From NCBI RefSeq assembly GCF_006345805.1, contig NC_043022.1, positions 1,178,001-1,242,000 of the forward strand: 64,000 nt of DNA. Reading direction: 5' to 3'. The notes below the pieces were generated by a model. It was not told where the DNA came from. It searched no databases and saw only the letters and a program-made list of their open reading frames with translations. This DNA is from Octopus sinensis. Taxonomy: Eukaryota. The first letter of the stretch is position 1, and every line of letters starts with the position of its first letter. Both the position numbers and the translations under genes were made by a program. Positions 11,456 through 22,410 of this stretch are shown here, in pieces.

Positions 11456-13270
11456 AACTTGCCCCTCTTCATTAATAATAGGAATAGAAACTTTCTTGGA
11501 ACAAATGGGAACATCCTCCTTACTAATAATGAGTGCACCATACCTGTCAGAGATAATATAAATGAAATAGATCATACTACTACTACCAATACTAGTACTA
11601 GTGATAGGAATATAGCCGATAATGTGAAATTAACTCATTCGTTGATTTTGGGTTTGGATGATGATAACAATTGTAACACTTATAATGTGAATAGTAGTAT
11701 AGGGGTGTTGTCCAATTTTAGATTTCCTCATTCTGTTAATCTTTGTAATTGCAGAAATAAAAATAAATGTGTATTGGTAATCAATGCCTCAGGAAGGAGG
11801 TAGTTTACCAATGCACTGTAGATACACAATTGAGTAGTAGGGTGTATATCGGGGCAACTATGAATAGCATAAAACAAAGATGGAATTATCACAGATATAC
11901 TTTTAGGAATAAAAATAGAATGTACTCTACAGGCTAAGTGCATACATTTGGGAGCTTAAAATAAGAACTTTGGAAGGTTTTTATGTATATTTGGTCTTTT
12001 GGTACTCTACCTTAATTTGTATCTTATGCTATTCACTGATAAACCTTTTCATTTTTTCATTTTCTCATTTACATGCATTATGCTTTATAATTATTACCAG
12101 CCTCATAGATTTAGTTTATATCTATAGTCTTCTGGATCTGTACTTTAAACTATCCTTCCATACATATTTACTTTCAACAATATAACATATATATTCACTC
12201 TATTTATTATTTTTTTTTTTTTATTTATTTTCCATTTTATTGTAATATTATCAATTTTTGCATCTAGTCTTCTATTTATTTATTTATTTGCCTATTTAAG
12301 TGTAGATGTTTACATACATATCAAGTCATCTAATTTGCTACCTATTTATTTTTTACTTATTTACTTATACTGGGGTAGTTTTATACATACATATCTATCA
12401 TTTATTGTTATTTAATTTTAATAATATATGAATACATATATACTGGTTTGTACTTATAATTATGTGTATAACCGTATTTATTCCTTCGTATTTATTCCTT
12501 CTTATTTATTTTATCTCTTTTCATCTTAAGTCTTTATAATATAAAATTTATTTAAAATTTCTGTGATGTTTTCATAAGCGTTTACATTAATACTTCCCCT
12601 TCTATTCTTTAATGCCTAAACTGGTATATTATGGCACTATATTTATTAAGTTAATAAGTGACTTATTTATAATATTTAAATTAATATATTTTTATATTTT
12701 ATATTTTATAATTTAGCGTACTTAAAACCATAACAAACTTACGATAAATCTAACAACCGTATGTTTACTCTGCAACAAACCGGTGTTATAAATTTTAAGT
12801 TACCCATGAAATAAGTATCTGACTTAGTAACATACTGATATTAAAAATATATTTATATCTAAATTAAATATTTTATGGAATGCATGGATGGTTCTTCTTT
12901 TATTATTGAGGCACAATTATAATTTTGAAGGACTAAATTGTAGCATAGTTGCTTCCCTTTTTGTTTATATATGTGCTAGTTGTTACTTGTAATTATGTAT
13001 GTGTATAGTGTATGCATATACATATTACTATGTGTGTATGTGCGATTGATCTGTAGATGTGTGTGTGAATATTGGCGTTCCTGACTAACCAACCGTATAA
13101 TTTTCTTTTGTGATTTAAATTTCAAACCAATAGCCAATCGAATTAATCTATATTTTCTTTACCTAGTGGTCAGCATTTCTTAACTCATAGTTATTTCGAT
13201 CTTGTAAGGATGGACTTGGTGCTAACTTAACTGTATCTATTTTATTATATTTTTTATTATTATTATTATA

Positions 13271-13302
<32 letters not shown>

Positions 13303-14146
13303 TATTATTAATAGTAATTTTTATTAACTTTTATAGCTTTAGAATCTTATGAACTGTACCACGGATTTAATTATTTTTCATCTCCATATATGTTAGCCTT
13401 TTTTTTTTTTTTTTTTTTATATATATATAAAAAAAAAACTATTAGCCAAATATGTATAATATCGGTACTTATTGATATTAATATATACACTATTATATTT
13501 TGTTTTATTTTGTTCTGTTACCTTCCTTTTTTGTACAAATGTGTATTATATTATATAAGTGTAGCTTTATGATGTATAAGTTTTTATATTTTACATTTTT
13601 ATATTTTATATTTATATGTATATGATTGTATAATATTTTTCACTATTATAACAAATTTAATTTAATTCTCTGAAGAGGCCGTGGGGCATCCTTGTTAATG
13701 CCTCATTTATACCTGCCTTTATGGCTTATAGGTTAAATGAGGTATGACTGTCCTCACTGCCGAAACAGCTGTCAGTTTTGATTTATTTGCATATTATATT
13801 TGAAAATTTTTTACTTATATCTCTTTATCTTGTTACTATTACTGTATATCTCATTTCATTTTATGTATTGCCTTTACTCATATGTAATGGTGTATTAAAG
13901 TATGGATTGAGTATCATCGGATAGTTGATGTTTTACTGATTTAAGTATATTTCTCCATTCTCTAATTTTGTAGTATTAATTTACGGTAATATTATTACCT
14001 TTACCCATATAATGCAAAAGATGAACTGATTGTTTGACAATTTTTAACATCTATGTATTAATTTTGTTGGGTACCTATCTAGCAGTATATTGGATATATA
14101 TTATCCCATGGTGGGTTGAATTTTCAACCCCTATCTCATTTTATAA
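11456..14146 (+). repeat. 5' pseudo-LTR: direct copy of 16423-19748 lacking 16941-17567
   Basis: AACTTGCCCCTC at 11456 = 16423; junction AAGAACTT|TGGAAGG at 11970/11971; match ends at CATTTTATAA 14146 = 19748. Confidence 0.93.
13670..13773 (+). ncRNA. Hammerhead ribozyme motif with 85-nt stem II, copy 2
   Basis: CTGAAGA (13670) GGC..GCC GAAA (13762) C-AGCT-G TC; palindromic ACAGCTGT stem III; predicted cleavage after 13773; stem I weak and AU-rich. Confidence 0.75.
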
Positions 14147-14286
14147 CCTAAATTTATCTTTTGAAGAACCTGAATTGCTCATACTGGTGTAATATAAGCA
14201 TCCATTTATTGACTTAAATATTAATAGTGCATGTGAATACACCCTAGTATAGTATATTTGTTCCTTTGATCATTACTGCTAGAAGA

Positions 14287-17130
14287 ATGGAGAAAATACT
14301 GATCAATTCATCAATGAAGGATGTACCTATCCCTACCAAAGACCATTACACTAAAGAACTAATTTATAGAATGAATGAATTCATCCACAGGATCAGATGG
14401 AGGATTTTCCACCATGAGAACTATAATAATAAAATAAACCAGCAACACACTGAGGAAACGATCCGTAATAGAATTGGAAGCACCTATGAAGAAATATTAA
14501 AACTAACAGGCACTACATTTAAATCTAGGAAGTCTCCTCCACCAAATATACATCTAGACAATTTTGAACAAGAACTATGGGAGACTGTAAAAAACATAAA
14601 ATTTAGAAATCATCCTTTAAGATATAACCAGCACCAAAGAGAATTGAAAGACTTAATTAGAACTCTCAAAGGTAAGAGCGGCATTCTAACACATTCTGAC
14701 AAAACCAACAACATCTACAACATTGACATTACTGCATATCATGATCTTCTACACAAGGAAATAACCAAGAAATACAAAGTAGTACCTTCTAGTACACTTA
14801 GAAAACTGAACCTGGAGATCAGAGAAATCATATTTGACTACTACCTAGAAGAAAAAACGGAACCCTACACCCCATCTAGACCGAGAATTACACTAAAGGA
14901 TCATAAAGAGAATTTTCTTGGAAACACACAGGTCAGATTAATTTGCCCCACTAAATCTGACTTAGGCAGACTAAGTAAACTCATTCTGGATAAATACCTA
15001 CCCACCATCCGCAATAAAATCAAACTAAACCTTTGGAAGAATACTCAGGGTGCTTTGGATTGGTTTTCTGCCATTAAGGTCTGTGACAGTAACAACTTTA
15101 GCTATAATAGAAATAAATTTATACAATTCGATATACAGAATTATTACACTTCCATTAACCCTATTATATTAAATAAGTCCTTAATTTTTGCTAGAAAACA
15201 CACTAAATTAAGTATGGGGGAGATTAAGGTTATACTAACAGCCAGGAAAACTTTAATAGAGTTTGATAATAAACTTTGGGCTAGAAAGGACACACCCAAC
15301 TTGTTCGATATCACAATGGGATCGCCGGACTCAGCGGAGGTGACTGATCTAGTTGGGATGTATCTATTAGATAACTTTAGTAGGGAATTCCCTGAATTAA
15401 AAGGTGGATTATACAGGGATGACGCCTTATTTTGTGTTAGGAATACATCAAATAGGAGATTAGATCTTCTGAAAAAAAGAATAAATAAATTTTTTAAAAG
15501 CTTCGGCCTATCCATTATCATTGAAAGTGAAAATTATTCTGCTAATTATTTAGATGTTAATTGTAATATTACTAATGGTTTACATGAACCCTATATTAAA
15601 CCTAATTCTAACCTAATATACATTAACCGTTCAAGTAATCACCCCCCTCAAATTAAAAATGCACTAGTGAGGAGCATTAGTCAGAGAATTTCTAGTTTAT
15701 CCTCAAACGAGGAAATTTTTAACAAACACTGTGATAGATACAATGCAGCATTGCTTAAGGCAGGATATAAAAGTAAGATTTGGTTTATACCTAAGGGGAA
15801 CCCCCCTAATGGAGGTAGAACTATCAGGAACAACACAAATAGATTTAGGATAATCAACAATATACATAAGAATTGTAAAAATGGAATATATGATAACACC
15901 TATAATAAATGTAGAAGTGATGTTAACCTTGGAAAGGTGAACGGTAGCTCAAATAGATCTAAACATACGGGTAATAGTAGGAATATTAATAATAATATAC
16001 GAATTAAAACTTATGGTAGACATGATAATGGTAAAGTTTACTTGCGCAATAACCATGGTAATATTGATATAGATAAATATAACAATGACAGTGGTAAGAA
16101 TAGTAATCCTATGAGTTGGTCTACGAATAGGATTTTTACAAATAACATTAATTCTATAGGCAATCCTAATTCTGATAAGGATACTCTTTGGTTGATTATC
16201 CCATATGCAATGCAGATTAAAACAAACATAGTGAGAGCTTTGCATAATGTTATTTTTAGGCATTTTGGTAAGGATAAGAATAAATTTAGTCCTTTAATTA
16301 ACAACGGTACTGTTAGAGTGGGATATAGCATTACTCATAATCTAGCCACCATTATCTCCTCTTTTAATAACAAGAAACTGGATCACTTCTATAAGGATAA
16401 AAAATTGAATTTAGACCAGGAAAACTTGCCCCTCTTCATTAATAATAGGAATAGAAACTTTCTTGGAACAAATGGGAACATCCTCCTTACTAATAATGAG
16501 TGCACCATACCTGTCAGAGATAATATAAATGAAATAGATCATACTACTACTACCAATACTAGTACTAGTGATAGGAATATAGCCGATAATGTGAAATTAA
16601 CTCATTCGTTGATTTTGGGTTTGGATGATGATAACAATTGTAACACTTATAATGTGAATAGTAGTATAGGGGTGTTGTCCAATTTTAGATTTCCTCATTC
16701 TGTTAATCTTTGTAATTGCAGAAATAAAAATAAATGTGTATTTGGTAATCAATGCCTCAGGAAGGAGGTAGTTTACCAATGCACTGTAGATACACAATTG
16801 AGTAGTAGGGTGTATATCGGGGCAACTATGAATAGCATAAAACAAAGATGGAATTATCACAGATATACTTTTAGGAATAAAAATAGAATGTACTCTACAG
16901 GGCTAAGTGCATACATTTGGGAGCTTAAAAATAAGAACTTAGATTTTAGATTAAACTGGAAAATACTAACTTCAGCACCTGTGTATAATGGAAAAAATAA
17001 AAAATGCTCTCTATGTATTAATGAAATTTTCTTCATTATTAAAGCGGGTCGGCAAATTATTAACAACATTAATGAAAAAAACTTCTTTTGTATTCATAGG
17101 CTACCGTTCACCTTTTCTAGATTCAAATAG
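14287..17130 (+). CDS. Penelope-like RT + GIY-YIG endonuclease polyprotein (~947 aa from ATG 14287), intact
   Basis: N-terminal SMKDVPIP..RIRWR; RT FDIQNYY (15127), MGSPDSAE (15316), YRDD (15412); CNCR..C..C linker (16711); VVY..YIG (16768-16821); C-terminal CSLC. Naiad assignment is from remembered family motifs. Confidence 0.92.
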   Translation: MEKILINSSMKDVPIPTKDHYTKELIYRMNEFIHRIRWRIFHHENYNNKINQQHTEETIRNRIGSTYEEILKLTGTTFKSRKSPPPNIHLDNFEQELWETVKNIKFRNHPLRYNQHQRELKDLIRTLKGKSGILTHSDKTNNIYNIDITAYHDLLHKEITKKYKVVPSSTLRKLNLEIREIIFDYYLEEKTEPYTPSRPRITLKDHKENFLGNTQVRLICPTKSDLGRLSKLILDKYLPTIRNKIKLNLWKNTQGALDWFSAIKVCDSNNFSYNRNKFIQFDIQNYYTSINPIILNKSLIFARKHTKLSMGEIKVILTARKTLIEFDNKLWARKDTPNLFDITMGSPDSAEVTDLVGMYLLDNFSREFPELKGGLYRDDALFCVRNTSNRRLDLLKKRINKFFKSFGLSIIIESENYSANYLDVNCNITNGLHEPYIKPNSNLIYINRSSNHPPQIKNALVRSISQRISSLSSNEEIFNKHCDRYNAALLKAGYKSKIWFIPKGNPPNGGRTIRNNTNRFRIINNIHKNCKNGIYDNTYNKCRSDVNLGKVNGSSNRSKHTGNSRNINNNIRIKTYGRHDNGKVYLRNNHGNIDIDKYNNDSGKNSNPMSWSTNRIFTNNINSIGNPNSDKDTLWLIIPYAMQIKTNIVRALHNVIFRHFGKDKNKFSPLINNGTVRVGYSITHNLATIISSFNNKKLDHFYKDKKLNLDQENLPLFINNRNRNFLGTNGNILLTNNECTIPVRDNINEIDHTTTTNTSTSDRNIADNVKLTHSLILGLDDDNNCNTYNVNSSIGVLSNFRFPHSVNLCNCRNKNKCVFGNQCLRKEVVYQCTVDTQLSSRVYIGATMNSIKQRWNYHRYTFRNKNRMYSTGLSAYIWELKNKNLDFRLNWKILTSAPVYNGKNKKCSLCINEIFFIIKAGRQIINNINEKNFFCIHRLPFTFSRFK

Positions 17131-19271
17131 AACTTAGCACTTCCACTATTATTAATTTTTTAACTCCCTTCTTTAACTAAATATACCTGTGGTCTTCTAT
17201 AATTTCTAAAGTATACAATTTATATATTTTATAATTTTATAATTTTTATAGCTACATTTGTATAATAATTAATGGATGTGTCTAGTATTATTGGTTTCTT
17301 GTTTTTTGTATGTGGGTTTTTGTTTGTTTTTTAAGAGAATTGCAATATGACATAAAATAACATATTCATTTTGGTACTTGCCTTGTAATGTGTGATTTTT
17401 GAAGTTTTCCAATATTGCATAGTATATTGCATAGTATATATATATATCTTGGGTAGATACCTAGCTCTGGATAATGTAATGATATTGTATAATATGTAAT
17501 ATATGAGAGCCTTTTGTGAGTTTGGTGGGTTTAGGTTGAGATTATAGGTTTTTTGTATGTGTTTATTTGGAAGGTTTTTATTGTATATTTGGTCTTTTTG
17601 TACTCACCTTAATTTGTATCTTATGCTATTCACTGATAAACCTTTTTCATTTTTTTCATTTTCTCATTTACATGCATTATGCTTTATAATTATTACCAGC
17701 CTCATATATTTAGTTTATATCTATAGTCTTCTGGATCTGTACTTTAAACTATCCTTCCATACATATTTACTTTCAACAATATAACATATATATTCACTCT
17801 ATTTATTATTTTTTTTTTTATTTATTTTCCATTTTATTGTAATATTATCAATTTTTGCATCTAGTCTTCTATTTATTTATTTATTTGCCTATTTAAGTGT
17901 AGATGTTTACATACATATCAAGTCATCTAATTTGCTACCTATTTATTTTTTACTTATTTACTTATACTGGGGTAGTTTTATACATACATATCTATCATTT
18001 ATTTTTATTTAATTTTAATAATATATGAATACATATATACTGGTTTGTACTTATAATTATGTGTATAACCGTATTTATTCCTTCGTATTTATTCCTTCTT
18101 ATTTATTTTATCTCTTTTCATCTTAAGTCTTTATAATATAAAATTTATTTAAAATTTCTGTGATGTTTTCATAAGCGTTTACATTAATACTTCCCCTTCT
18201 ATTCTTTAATGCCTAAACTGGTATATTATGGCACTATATTTATTAAGTTAATAAGTGACTTATTTATAATATTTAAATTAATATATATTTTATATTTTAT
18301 ATTTTATAATTTAGCGTACTTAAAACCATAACAAACTTACGATAAATCTAACAACCGTATGTTTACTCTGCAACAAACCGGTGTTATAAATTTTAAGTTA
18401 CCCATGAAATAAGTATCTGACTTAGTAACATACTGATATTTAAAAATATATTTATATCTAAATTAAATATTTTATGGAATGCATGGATGGTTCTTCTTTT
18501 ATTATTGAGGCACAATTATAATTTTGAAGGACTAAATTGTAGCATAGTTGCTTCCCTTTTTGTTTATCTATGTGCTAGTTGTTGCTTGTAATTATGTATG
18601 TGTATAAGTGTATGCATATACATATTACTATGTGTGTATGTGCGATTGATCTGTAGATGCGTGTGTGAATATTGGCGTTCCCTGACTAACCAACCGTATA
18701 ATTTTCTTTTGTGATTTAAATTTCAAACCAATAGCCAATCGAATTAATCTATATTTTCTTTACCTAGTGGTCAGCATTTCTTAACTCATAGTTATTTCGA
18801 TCTTGTAAGGATGGACTTGGTGCTAACTTAACTGTATCTATTTTTTATTATATTTTTTTATTATTATATTATTATTATTATTATTATATTATTATTATTA
18901 TTATTATATTAATAGTAATTTTTATTAACTTTTATAGCTTTAGAATCTTATGAACTGTACCACGGATTTAATTATTATTTTTCATCTCCATATATGTTAG
19001 CCTTTTTTTTTTTTTTTTTTTATATATATATAAAAAAAACTATTAGCCAAATATGTATAATATCGGTACTTATTGATATTAATATATACACTATTATATA
19101 TTTTGTTTTATTTTGTTCTGTTTACCTTCCTTTTTTGTACAAATGTGTATTATATTATATAAGTGTAGCTTTATGATGTATAAGTTTTTATATTTTACAT
19201 TTTTATATTTTTATATTATATGTATATGATTGTATAATATTTTTCACTTATAACAAATTTAATTTAATTCT

Positions 19272-19375
19272 CTGAAGAGGCCGTGGGGCATCCTTGTTAA
19301 TGCCTCATTTATACCTGCCTTTATGGCTTATAGGTTAAATGAGGTATGACTGTCCTCACTGCCGAAACAGCTGTC
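19272..19375 (+). ncRNA. Hammerhead ribozyme motif, copy 3
   Basis: Same sequence as copy 2, offset 5602. Confidence 0.75.
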
Positions 19376-19768
19376 AGTTTTGATTTATTTGCATATTATA
19401 TTTGAAAATTTTTTACTTATATCTCTTTATCTTGTTACTATTACTGTATATCTCATTTCATTTTATGTATTGCCTTTACTCATATGTAATGGTGTATTAA
19501 AGTATGGATTGAGTATCATCGGATAGTTGATGTTTTACTGATTTAAGTATATTTCTCCATTCTCTAATTTTGTAGTATTAATTTACGGTAATATTATTAC
19601 CTTTACCCATATAATGCAAAAGATGAACTGATTGTTTGACAATTTTTAACATCTATGTATTAATTTTGTTGGGTACCTATCTAGCAGTATATTGGATATA
19701 TATTATCCCATGGTGGGTTGAATTTTCAACCCCTATCTCATTTTATAATATATATATATATATATATA

Positions 19769-19908
19769 TTGGCATTAGGAAGGGCATCCAGCTGTAGAAA
19801 CACTGCCAGATCTGACTGGCCTGGTGCAGCCTTCGGGCTTGCCAGACCCCAGTTAAACCGTCCAACCCATGCTAGCATGGAAAGCGGACGTTAAACGATG
19901 ATGATGAT
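19769..19908 (+). mobile_element. SINE B, 5'-truncated
   Basis: TTGGCATTAGGAAGGGCATCC..(GAT)n. Confidence 0.85.
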
Positions 19909-20473
19909 ATATGTGTGTGTGTATGTATATATATATTAATTGCATTCATATGTAATAAAGCAAGTTAATTGTTGCATTTCATTTGATCCACTCCAATCGT
20001 AAATAGCCATTAATGACAAGGGGTAATGTTTGAACAAAACCAATCTCACTGCAGTGAAATTTCAGGAATAATTTTCACCAAAAACCTACAACAATTTATG
20101 TTAACAGTAATGTACGCACCAGAAAGAAAGGTTGCCTTTCACGTGTGGCTCTGTGTCGAATATAATGCTTTCAGTGCAACCTTTTACGTAGCAGTGGAAA
20201 TTATTTCACAACCATTGGAGCATGAAGTGCTCCCCATGAACCTGCATTTGTGAGATAGTTCTGATCTGTAAATAGTTTGGAATAGGAACCAGAAAAAGAA
20301 GTATGAACAGACGATGTGCTTGTGCATATGCATATGCACATGTGCATTCGTAGAACAGAAGAGAAGAATTAAAACGCTTTGCATAATGGTCTGCATGGTA
20401 CGTCTTACACCACTTTCATGCAGCTTTGCTTTAATTTTCTTGTTTTACAAATATGAAATATAAGAATGTTGCA

Positions 20474-20860
20474 GGCGCAGGAGTGGCTGTGTGTTAAGTA
20501 GCTTGCTTACCAACCACATGGTTCCGGGTTCAGTCCCACTGTGTGGCACCTTGGGCAAGTGTCTTCTACTATAGCCTCAGGCTGACCAAAACCTTGTGAG
20601 TGGATTTGGTAGACGGAAACTGGAAGAAACCTATCATCTATATGTATATATATATGTTTGTGTGTCTGTGTTTGTCCCCACACCATTGCTTGACAACCGA
20701 TGCTGGTGTGTTTACGTCCCTGTAACTTAGCGGTTTGGCAAAAGCGAGCGATAGAATAAGTTCTAGGCTTACAAAGAATAAGTCCTGGGGGTCGATTTAC
20801 ATGACTAAAAGGCGGTGCTCCAGCATGGCCGCAGTCAAATGACTGAAACAAGTAAAAGAG
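20474..20860 (+). mobile_element. SINE A
   Basis: Head and tail match the family. Confidence 0.85.
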
Positions 20861-21145
20861 TAGATGGCCTATGCCATGGAATGTCCACAGGTCCAGTGGG
20901 TTGTTGTCATTTTGAGTTTAAATTGACTTAATCTTTAATCTTTTTGGAGTTGATAAAAAAAAAATACCAGAAGAACAGTGAAGTTGATGTGGAAGACTAG
21001 TTCTATCCCACAAAATTTCAGGCATTGTGCTAAATTAAGTAAAGATTATTGTTGTAGTTGTTTTTCCGGCTTTTATGTCCTGAGTTCAAATTCTTCTGAG
21101 CTTGACTGTCTTTCACCCTTTCGGGATCCATAATAAATATTTATA

Positions 21146-21522
21146 TCATCATCATCATCATCATCAGCATCATCGTTTAACGTCCGTTCTCCATGCTAGC
21201 ATGGGTTGGGCGGTTCAACCGGGGATCTGGGAAGCCAGAAGGCTGCACTAGGCTCCGGTCTTATCTGGCAATGTTTCTACAGCTGGATGCCCTTCCTAAC
21301 GCCAACCACTCCGTGAGTATAGTGGGTGCTTTTTACGTGCCACCTGCACTGGTGCCAGGCGAGGCTGGCATCGGCCACGGTCGGATTGGTGCATTTTACG
21401 TGCCACCTGCACGGAAGCCAGTCGAGGCAGCACTGGCTTTGGCCACGATTCGGATGGTGCTTTTTACATGCCACCGACACGGAAGCCAGTTGAGACGGCG
21501 CTGGCATCGGCCACGATTCGGA
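21146..21522 (-). mobile_element. SINE B with internal tandem modules
   Basis: (ATC)n tail, repeated TTTTACGTGCCACC modules. Confidence 0.85.
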
Positions 21523-21809
21523 TATATATGTAAATTTATGTATGCATATATGTAGATATACTTATCACATCGACAAATGATAAAGACTCTCGTCTCCTCA
21601 GAGAATACCATATATCATATTGTATCGTATCAATGATAATCTTTTTAATCCACTTAATCCTTTTTGTTAAAATAGGCTCAAAACATAAAAAACTTTTCCA
21701 TTTTCCCCAAGTATTAAATTAATACACCTGCTTGTTGTTCCTACATCTGTCATCATCTTTTGTTTCCTGTAAATTTGAACCATATATGTGTGTGTGTATG
21801 TATGTATAT

Positions 21810-22115
21810 GTGGAGGCGTAGTGGCCCAGTGGTTAGCGCAGCGGACTCGCAGTTGTAAGATTGCAGTTTTGATTCCCAGACCAGGCATTGTGAGTGTTTA
21901 TTGAGTGAAAACACCTAAAGCTCCACGAGGTTCTGGCAGTGGGGGGGACCCCTGCTGTACTCTTTCACCACAACTTTTTCTCTCTTTCTTCTGTTGGCCT
22001 GCTCGCTTAGCCGGTGGGGTAGCGTCATTTGAAAGCTAAAACAATGCGAAGTGCATTGTGACCAGCGATGTGTAGCAACATCTGATAGCCTGGTCGGTCA
22101 CGGTTATCATGGTAA
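21810..22115 (+). mobile_element. SINE C head joined to an alternative tail
   Basis: Head matches 7801; tail GCTAAAACAATGCGAAGTGCATTGTGACCAGCGATG also present at ~36625-36680 behind a D-type head. Confidence 0.7.
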
Positions 22116-22120
22116 TGTAT

Positions 22121-22333
22121 ATATATGTGTCTGTATTTGTTCTCCCACCATCGCTTGGCAATCAATTTTGGCGTGTTGGCATATCCATAACTTAGCAGTT
22201 CGGTAAAAGAGACTGACAGAACAAGAACTAGGCTTACAAAGAATACGTCTTGGGGTTGATTACATTGATTGAAACCCTCTGCGGTAGTGCTCCAGGATGG
22301 CCACAGTCGAATGACTGAAACAAGTAAAAGGAT
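22121..22333 (+). mobile_element. SINE A 3' half, diverged
   Basis: Family similarity. Confidence 0.7.
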
Positions 22334-22366
22334 AAAACAATATATATATATGCATATGTATATATG

Positions 22367-22410
<44 letters not shown>

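Larger units (their letters stand above)
8753..19748 (+). mobile_element. Penelope-like element locus (Naiad-type): inverted copy + partial tandem + full unit
   Basis: RT/GIY-YIG ORF, direct repeats offset by 5602 bp, 2.7 kb inverted copy, hammerhead motifs, (TA)n on both flanks. Confidence 0.92.

Noticed and set aside
11459-11803. Separate 114-aa gene
   Set aside because: It is the duplicated, frameshifted copy of Penelope ORF positions 16423 onward
13677-13761. SECIS element / selenoprotein coding, known for some Naiad elements
   Set aside because: The ORF has no in-frame TGA. The hairpin lacks the 5' AUGA / 3' GA quartet in the right positions, and the AAA loop appears only on the antisense strand
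8590-19908. SINE B pieces on both sides of the Penelope locus as a large TSD
   Set aside because: They differ at many positions, unlike the near-identical element repeats, so they are independent copies
20201-20265. Minus-strand terminal exon DQNYLTNAGSWGALHAPMVVK*
   Set aside because: Plausible acceptor but no recognisable homology or linked upstream exon
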